This document shows, piece by piece, positions 58,536 to 64,000 of a DNA stretch of 64,000 nt. The notes beneath the pieces were generated by a model. The model was not told where the DNA came from. It saw nothing but the letters and a program-made list of their open reading frames with translations, and searched no databases. The stretch is taken from NCBI GenBank assembly GCA_937801655.1, contig CALMWC010000003.1, positions 2,574 to 66,573 of the forward strand, in the 5' to 3' direction. Each line of letters starts with the position of its first letter. Within the stretch, counting starts at the first letter, position 1. Position numbers and translations under genes: made by a program. This stretch comes from an uncultured Gammaproteobacteria bacterium. GTDB taxonomy: Bacteria > Pseudomonadota > Gammaproteobacteria > Steroidobacterales > UBA11654.

Positions 58536-59816
58536 ATGAATATCATATCAGATGTACTAGACAATGATTTTTTAGATGCAGTAGTTTTTAAAGATACTCC
58601 TTATTTTATAACATTTACTAAGTATCCTGGCCTTAGGCTAAAAGTAAACCCAAAAGGGAGAGTTTCATATATTACATATGGAAGAATCCGATTTGGTGGA
58701 AACCCAAGAACAATAACACATGGCACTATCTCTAAACTCTCTATTTCAGAAGCAATTGATATGCATTATCAAACTACTAAATTGCTTTCAAAAGGCTTAG
58801 ATCCTAATCTTATAAAAAAAACAAAAGCTGTACAGTTCACTCAATCGTTAATTTTTGAAGATATCGCAATGCAGTTTTTAAATGAAAAAAAGAATAATAA
58901 AGAGTACTCAGAACTATACTTTAAACATTGCAAAGACTACCTTTTTAGAAATAAGTTAAGGGTGTTTCATAAACTGAATATCATGACTATTAGCCATGAT
59001 ATGATTCATGATTGGTACGACTCTGTATCTAATACGCCATCATCTGCAAATAGTGCAATGAGCCTATTAACCAATATATTTTCATATGCTGTTACTAAAA
59101 ATTATTTAGATTTTCAGCTTAATCCTATTAATTCAGTCAATCGTATTCAGCTTAAGTACAGCAATAATAAAAAAAATATTCAAATGGATTTAAAGCAAGA
59201 GTTGCCTAGATTCATCTATCAACTATGGGATCCTTTGAATATTCATGATGTTAATTTAATTACTAGGTATGCAATTTATATGATGCTAATTACTGGTATG
59301 AAGAAAAATGATGTCTTAAAAATGAAATGGAGCCAAGTGAGTAATAAGAAATTTATTAAGATAGAAAAAAAGAATTTTATACAGTTCTTCCCAATTAATA
59401 ATCATATTGATGATGTTTTACAAGAGATGTCATTACTAAGACAAAAAAGTTTAATTCAAAATGAAGATCAATATATTTTTTACAATGCTAATGTGCCATC
59501 AAAACCACTCTCAAATATTAGAAAATCACTTATTAAGTATTCAGTAGATCTAGAGTGGGTTGTTTTTCCTGAGGCAATTAGGAAAACATTTACAAAATTA
59601 ATTAATGAATCTGCAATACCAACTCATCACTATTACTACTTATTAGGTTTAAATAATAAAACTTCATCTTTTAATAGTCTTAGTAATTATAGTATTAGCA
59701 CTATTGAGCTTTCAAAATCCTTGGATGTAGTGCATAAAAAGTTAGAAAGTCTGTCACCTATGACTTTGCCTGGTATTAATGAACCACTAAGATATTTCTT
59801 AACAAATAAAACGTAA
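58536..59816 (+). CDS. P4-type tyrosine-recombinase homologue with an apparently degenerate active site
   Basis: 426 aa. There is an N-terminal DUF4102-like arm-binding region (GLRLKVNPKGRVSYITYGRIRFGGNPRTITHGTISKLSISEAIDMHYQTTKLLSKGLDPN), then a SAM-like core-binding region (ANSAMSLLTNIFSYAVTKNYL..NP), then a catalytic-domain-like part. The usual TG.R..E reads ITGMKKND, and the H..R and LGH positions read EAIRKT and LLGLNN. Confidence 0.55.
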   Translation: MNIISDVLDNDFLDAVVFKDTPYFITFTKYPGLRLKVNPKGRVSYITYGRIRFGGNPRTITHGTISKLSISEAIDMHYQTTKLLSKGLDPNLIKKTKAVQFTQSLIFEDIAMQFLNEKKNNKEYSELYFKHCKDYLFRNKLRVFHKLNIMTISHDMIHDWYDSVSNTPSSANSAMSLLTNIFSYAVTKNYLDFQLNPINSVNRIQLKYSNNKKNIQMDLKQELPRFIYQLWDPLNIHDVNLITRYAIYMMLITGMKKNDVLKMKWSQVSNKKFIKIEKKNFIQFFPINNHIDDVLQEMSLLRQKSLIQNEDQYIFYNANVPSKPLSNIRKSLIKYSVDLEWVVFPEAIRKTFTKLINESAIPTHHYYYLLGLNNKTSSFNSLSNYSISTIELSKSLDVVHKKLESLSPMTLPGINEPLRYFLTNKT

Positions 59817-59820
59817 TCTA

Positions 59821-59830
59821 TGTATGCTAT
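59821..59830. repeat. Direct repeat copy 2 (TGTATGCTAT)
   Basis: Exact 10-mer, identical to 58522-58531. Confidence 0.6.
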
Positions 59831-59895
59831 TCAATAAAAAATTATAATAGTAAAAAATCTATATATAACAGTTAGATAATATAGAACACATTATA

Positions 59896-61002
59896 TTAGT
59901 ATAAAACCACTGAACGTATAGATTTACCTTCATGCATTAAATGAAATGCATCATTTATTTCATCAAGTGGCATAGTGTGGGTAATTAGATCATCAATATT
60001 AATCTTACCTTGCATGTACCAATCTACTATTGTTGGTACATCACTTCTACCTCTTGCACCTCCGAAAGCTGATCCTCTCCAGACTCTTCCTGTTACTAAC
60101 TGAAATGGTCTTGTTGATATTTCTTGTCCGGCCCCAGCAACACCAATTATTATTGATTCACCCCAGCCTTTATGGCATGACTCAAGAGCTTGTCTCATTG
60201 TATTGACATTTCCTATGCATTCGAATGAATAATCAGCTCCACCATTTGTTAGATCGAGTATTGCTTCTACTACATCATCAACATTATTTGGGTTAATAAA
60301 GTCAGTCATTCCAAATTGTGTTGCAAGTTTAGTTTTATCTTCATTAATATCAATACCAATGATCTTATTAGCACCCACCATTTGTGCACCTTGTATTACA
60401 TTTAGGCCTATTCCTCCTAGTCCAAAAACCACAACATTTGATCCTGCCTCTACTTTTGCGTCAAATACTACCGCACCTATTCCAGTAGTCACACCACAAC
60501 CGATGTAACAAACTTTATCAAATGGGGCATCTTCACGAATCTTAGCCACTGCTATCTCAGGTAATACTGTGAAATTTGAAAATGTTGAACAGCCCATATA
60601 GTGATAAATACTTTCACCTTGCAATGTAAATCTAGAAGTACCATCTGGCATCAGTCCTTGTCCTTGTGTTTCTCTAATTGACTGGCATAGATTTGTTTTT
60701 GGATTGATACAAAAATTACATTCTCTACACTCAGGTGTATAAAGAGGGATAACATGATCACCTACTTTTACGCTACTAACACCTTTACCTATTTCTCTAA
60801 CTATCCCTGCACCTTCATGGCCTAATATAGCTGGAAATATACCTTCAGGATCATCCCCTGATAATGTAAATGCATCGGTGTGGCAAATTCCTGTAGCCAT
60901 AATCTCAACTAGAACCTCTCCTTCACGAGGACCATCTAAGTCAACTTCTTCTATAACTAAATCTTCACCAGCTTTTAGGGCTAATGCTGCTTTTGTTTTC
61001 AT
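59896..61002 (-). CDS. adhC: S-(hydroxymethyl)glutathione dehydrogenase / class III alcohol dehydrogenase
   Basis: 368 aa. Motifs: [31 protein letters not shown], structural-zinc Cys cluster [22 protein letters not shown]. The overall sequence is class III ADH-like. Confidence 0.9.
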   Translation of the reverse strand: MKTKAALALKAGEDLVIEEVDLDGPREGEVLVEIMATGICHTDAFTLSGDDPEGIFPAILGHEGAGIVREIGKGVSSVKVGDHVIPLYTPECRECNFCINPKTNLCQSIRETQGQGLMPDGTSRFTLQGESIYHYMGCSTFSNFTVLPEIAVAKIREDAPFDKVCYIGCGVTTGIGAVVFDAKVEAGSNVVVFGLGGIGLNVIQGAQMVGANKIIGIDINEDKTKLATQFGMTDFINPNNVDDVVEAILDLTNGGADYSFECIGNVNTMRQALESCHKGWGESIIIGVAGAGQEISTRPFQLVTGRVWRGSAFGGARGRSDVPTIVDWYMQGKINIDDLITHTMPLDEINDAFHLMHEGKSIRSVVLY

Positions 61003-61151
61003 AATAATTCCTTTATCTTATTCTTCTATACAAATAGATTATCAATAGATAAACAATTTTCATAGATACATTTCTAATAAACTAAAACATAAGCTATTAG
61101 CTAATTTAATAAGCGTATTGTAAGCTAGGAAAATCATAAAATGAGACAAAA

Positions 61152-62546
61152 ATGACAAACAGAAATTTTAGAGAAGTGCTTGATCTTCTGGATCAAAAGG
61201 GAGACTTAGTTCGAATATCTAAGCAGGTAGATCCTAAATTTGAAATGCCAGCTTTAATGAAACAATTGGAAGAAGAAGGTAAAGCTTTTATTTTTGAAAA
61301 CGTAAAAGGCTCGAAACATCCATCAGTTGGTGGCATTTTCACTTCCATGGATCGATATGGTTTAATTTTCAACCCTGATGCCTCTGAAAGCTATTCCTTC
61401 GACGATGCAGGAGGAAGGGTTTTAGCTGGTGTTGCTAACCCTATAGAGAATATTGTTCTTGATGAGGGGCCAATATCAGAAGAAATATTAATCGATGATG
61501 CTATCAACCTAAATGATTTTCCAGTAGCTACTTTCTTTGAGTTAGACTCCGGACCTTTCATTACTTCTGCAGTAGGTATTTTCAAAAAGCCAAATGGGGT
61601 AATTAATGTGGGCTTCTATCGCTGTATGATTGTTGATCAAAAGCATCTTCTGATTAATGCTAGTGGTCTGAGTGATCTTAGGAAAAGCTATGACTGGCAT
61701 CGAGAAAATAATAAAGAAATGTCAGTAGCTATGGTTATCGGCGCTCCTCCGCCACTTCTTATGGCAGCAGCATCCAAATGCCCAGACGATGTTTCTGAGT
61801 TAGAGGTTGCTGGTGGAATGATTGGAAGAGGCATTGAAACTATATTAAGTCCAAATAGCGGTTTACCTATACCTATAGAATCTGAAATAGTAATTGAGGC
61901 AAAAGTTGATTTGAATAATATGGTGGAAAATACTCTTGGTGAATTTGGAAACCAGTATGGTACTGAAGATGCTCCAATGTGTAGAGTTACTTCTATCATG
62001 AAGAGAAAAGATGCAATGTTCTATAACGTAATGGCAGGTAGAGCAAAGGAACATAATAATTTGGGATATTTGACTATTTATGGCCTATCTAAAGGTGTTT
62101 GTGCAAAAATAAAAGAAAGCTTCTCCTTTGTAAATGATGTTGCTATCCATTTTGATACAAAAATAGGACCCTTAATGCACGTTGTTATAGCGATTAAAAA
62201 GTCATCAGATGATCAACCCGCAGAGATTATTAATGAGGCATTTAATTTAAGTCTAGGTTTTTTTAATCTTTCTTGGATGGCAAAACGAGTGATCATTGTC
62301 GATGATGATATTGATATTAATAATATGGATGATGTTGAGTGGGCCACCTGGACTCGAATGGGAAGGGCAGAAAAAATGCATCTTTTCTCAGATTTTATTA
62401 CATGGGAAATAGATAGAGCAGCTCTGCCAGACAAGACCTCTCTTAGAGTAGGTATAGATGCTACAAAAGATATGGATTATTTTGATGACCTAGTAAAACC
62501 AATAGTGCCAGGTATTGATCAAATTAATTTAAAAGATTATCTTTAA
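61152..62546 (+). CDS. UbiD-family (prFMN-dependent) decarboxylase homologue
   Basis: 464 aa. FREVLDLLDQKGDLVRISKQVDPKFEM, NVGFYRCMIV, MVIGAPPPLLMAAA, ELEVAGGM, IVIEAKVD..LGEFGNQYG and VIIVDDDIDINNMDDVEWA follow the UbiD family pattern. Confidence 0.8.
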   Translation: MTNRNFREVLDLLDQKGDLVRISKQVDPKFEMPALMKQLEEEGKAFIFENVKGSKHPSVGGIFTSMDRYGLIFNPDASESYSFDDAGGRVLAGVANPIENIVLDEGPISEEILIDDAINLNDFPVATFFELDSGPFITSAVGIFKKPNGVINVGFYRCMIVDQKHLLINASGLSDLRKSYDWHRENNKEMSVAMVIGAPPPLLMAAASKCPDDVSELEVAGGMIGRGIETILSPNSGLPIPIESEIVIEAKVDLNNMVENTLGEFGNQYGTEDAPMCRVTSIMKRKDAMFYNVMAGRAKEHNNLGYLTIYGLSKGVCAKIKESFSFVNDVAIHFDTKIGPLMHVVIAIKKSSDDQPAEIINEAFNLSLGFFNLSWMAKRVIIVDDDIDINNMDDVEWATWTRMGRAEKMHLFSDFITWEIDRAALPDKTSLRVGIDATKDMDYFDDLVKPIVPGIDQINLKDYL

Positions 62547-62566
62547 TTAATTAAAGTGAGGTAAAA

Positions 62567-63625
62567 ATGATTGATCCATATTTAGCTGTAGGCCTGCAAA
62601 CAAAAGTAAAGCATGTAACAACTCGTGATGAAGTTAATGTAAATCTCAAGCATATAGGCAACATGATAGATATGGTCACACATATGTGCTCACTTGAATT
62701 ACCTGTTCGTTTAATTGCTCTAGGTGAGGGCGCTATACAAGGATTCGTTGATGAGATTATGGATATGGATCAATCAGTATATGCGAACACTATGGCTGCT
62801 GAAATACCTGGTTTTGAGACCGACTTCTTAGGCGAATATGCTAAATCAAAAAAGACATTTATTATAGGGCAACTTAAAGAAAGGCTACCTGAATATAAAG
62901 ATAGATTTTTTAATACTGTTTTTATTATAGATGACAATGGAGATGTAATTTATAAGCATCATAAGAATATTGTAGTTTTTGTTGAGCATTCAACAACACC
63001 TCATGATGTATATGATCAATGGATAGAGCAGCATGGAGATTCCTTAGAGGCCTTCTTTCCTGTTGCAAAAACAAAGATAGGTAATATTGCTGGTACAGTA
63101 GGCGTTGAGGGTTCATTTCCTGAAGTATTTCGTGCTTTTGCCTTAAATGGAGCAGAAATATTATATAGGGCATCATTACCCGAACCTTGGGTATCAAGGG
63201 AGATATTTGAAGTACAAAACAGATCAAGAGCAATTGATAATACCGCATATATGATTGCACCCAATACTGGCTCTTTAATCATGCCGGGTGAGAATAATGA
63301 TTCACCTACGATAATTGATGGTGCTTTAGGTGGGAGGTCTTCAATTATTGATTATAAGGGTACTATCTTGGCTAGCAATAATATAGTCGGAGACACATAT
63401 GTTGCATCAGAGATAAATATAGATGCTCTGCGATATTATAGGGAAAATGCCAAGTTCCAAAACTGGATCCCATACTTAAAAACTGAGATTTTTAGCAAGA
63501 TGTATGAAAAAGAGATTTGGCCAAAGAATTTACCACCCATGAAGCATGCTGATGCAGGAGAAGTTTTTAAAGAAACCATTAAAACTCTCATTAATAGAGG
63601 GACTTACTCTAAAAGGGAAGATTAA
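62567..63625 (+). CDS. Carbon-nitrogen hydrolase (nitrilase/amidase superfamily) homologue lacking the catalytic cysteine
   Basis: 352 aa. The Glu block (LIALGEGAIQGF) and the Lys block (NGDVIYKHHKNIVVF) are present, as are GAEILYRASLPEP, RAIDNTAYMIAPN and GGRSSIIDYKGTILA. The Cys strand reads KIGNIAGTVGVEGSFPE with no Cys. The only Cys in the protein is C41. Confidence 0.7.
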   Translation: MIDPYLAVGLQTKVKHVTTRDEVNVNLKHIGNMIDMVTHMCSLELPVRLIALGEGAIQGFVDEIMDMDQSVYANTMAAEIPGFETDFLGEYAKSKKTFIIGQLKERLPEYKDRFFNTVFIIDDNGDVIYKHHKNIVVFVEHSTTPHDVYDQWIEQHGDSLEAFFPVAKTKIGNIAGTVGVEGSFPEVFRAFALNGAEILYRASLPEPWVSREIFEVQNRSRAIDNTAYMIAPNTGSLIMPGENNDSPTIIDGALGGRSSIIDYKGTILASNNIVGDTYVASEINIDALRYYRENAKFQNWIPYLKTEIFSKMYEKEIWPKNLPPMKHADAGEVFKETIKTLINRGTYSKRED

Positions 63626-63633
63626 ACTAGATC

Positions 63634-64000
63634 TTGTTACCAAAAGAATTTAAGCCTAAAGCATCTTATGATCTTATTCGTTTAGGAAAAAATAATGATG
63701 GTGGTTATCTTGTTGAATCTAAATCTATAGAAAAAACTAAAGCTCTTATTTCCATGGGTATTGGAAAGAATTGGAGGTTTGAAGAAGATTTTATTGCACA
63801 TCAAGACATAGTGGTACATGCTTATGATCACTCAGTGAGAGGATTTTTTTGGCCTAAGTTTTTTATTAAAAGGTGTTTAAGTGTTTTAATTGGTCGACTG
63901 AATGCCCCATATCATGCAGTTAAAATATACACAAAATTTATGGATTTTTTTAGAAATAAAGCAGTACTTTTTTATGAAAAAATTGGTGCTGAAGAAGAAG
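63634..64000 (+). CDS. Hypothetical protein, 3'-truncated by the window end
   Basis: The frame is open from the stop at 63628-63630 to the window end. The only start-like codon near its beginning is TTG at 63634. The translation is LPKEFKPKASYDLIRLGKNNDGGYLVESKSIEKTKALISMGIGKNWRFEEDF.... I cannot place the family with confidence (possibly methyltransferase-like). Confidence 0.3.
   Translation, partial: MLPKEFKPKASYDLIRLGKNNDGGYLVESKSIEKTKALISMGIGKNWRFEEDFIAHQDIVVHAYDHSVRGFFWPKFFIKRCLSVLIGRLNAPYHAVKIYTKFMDFFRNKAVLFYEKIGAEEE

Larger units (their letters stand above)
58522..59830 (+). mobile_element. Single-gene integrase-like cassette bounded by a 10-bp direct repeat (possible remnant of an integrated element)
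   Basis: TGTATGCTAT occurs 5 nt before the ORF start (58522-58531) and 5 nt after its stop (59821-59830). The enclosed DNA and both flanks are visibly more AT-rich than the neighbouring genes. Confidence 0.35.

Noticed and set aside
1-64000. Scan for CRISPR arrays, tRNA/rRNA/tmRNA/SRP RNA genes, IS elements, long tandem repeats, toxin-antitoxin pairs and recognisable multi-gene defence systems.
   Set aside because: None seen. Coding density leaves no gap longer than about 175 nt, and the gaps are AT-rich without the GC-rich structured cores of stable RNAs. No regularly spaced repeats were noticed. This was an eye scan only, so short or degenerate elements could have been missed.

Overview
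AT-rich, very gene-dense proteobacterial chromosome segment; most intergenic gaps are under 170 nt and many genes overlap by 1-20 nt. Gene order is typical of Gamma/Betaproteobacteria: aroE-tsaC-topA-smg facing def-fmt; rpmB-rpmG-mutM; dut/pyrE; rsmD-coaD; gltBD; pntAA-pntAB-pntB. A streamlined marine gammaproteobacterium (SAR86-like) is my guess only and cannot be verified here. I support about 58 protein-coding genes. I saw no rRNA, tRNA, CRISPR array or IS element. Most of the window (13.4-55.7 kb) is housekeeping. Two stretches look accessory. (i) 1-13.4 kb is a TonB-dependent-receptor / IclR locus. It contains a tightly packed six-gene operon built around an APH-type kinase and a phospho-lyase-type class-III aminotransferase, and I cannot assign it to a named pathway. 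(ii) 55.7-64 kb holds a Rieske oxygenase/NmrA/SDR group and a very AT-rich solo integrase-like gene bracketed by a 10-bp direct repeat. It also holds a UbiD-family gene immediately followed by a carbon-nitrogen-hydrolase homologue that has lost its catalytic cysteine. Other points: tsaC has no canonical start codon and abuts the topA stop as ATAA, in the -1 frame of the topA poly-lysine/poly-A tail. A 14-bp perfect inverted repeat sits 19 nt upstream of rpoH. ggt is frameshifted. The NtrX-like regulator has a degenerate AAA+ domain. rpmG is missing from the ORF track. All calls rest on reading motifs by eye and on recalled family consensus; no searches were run.
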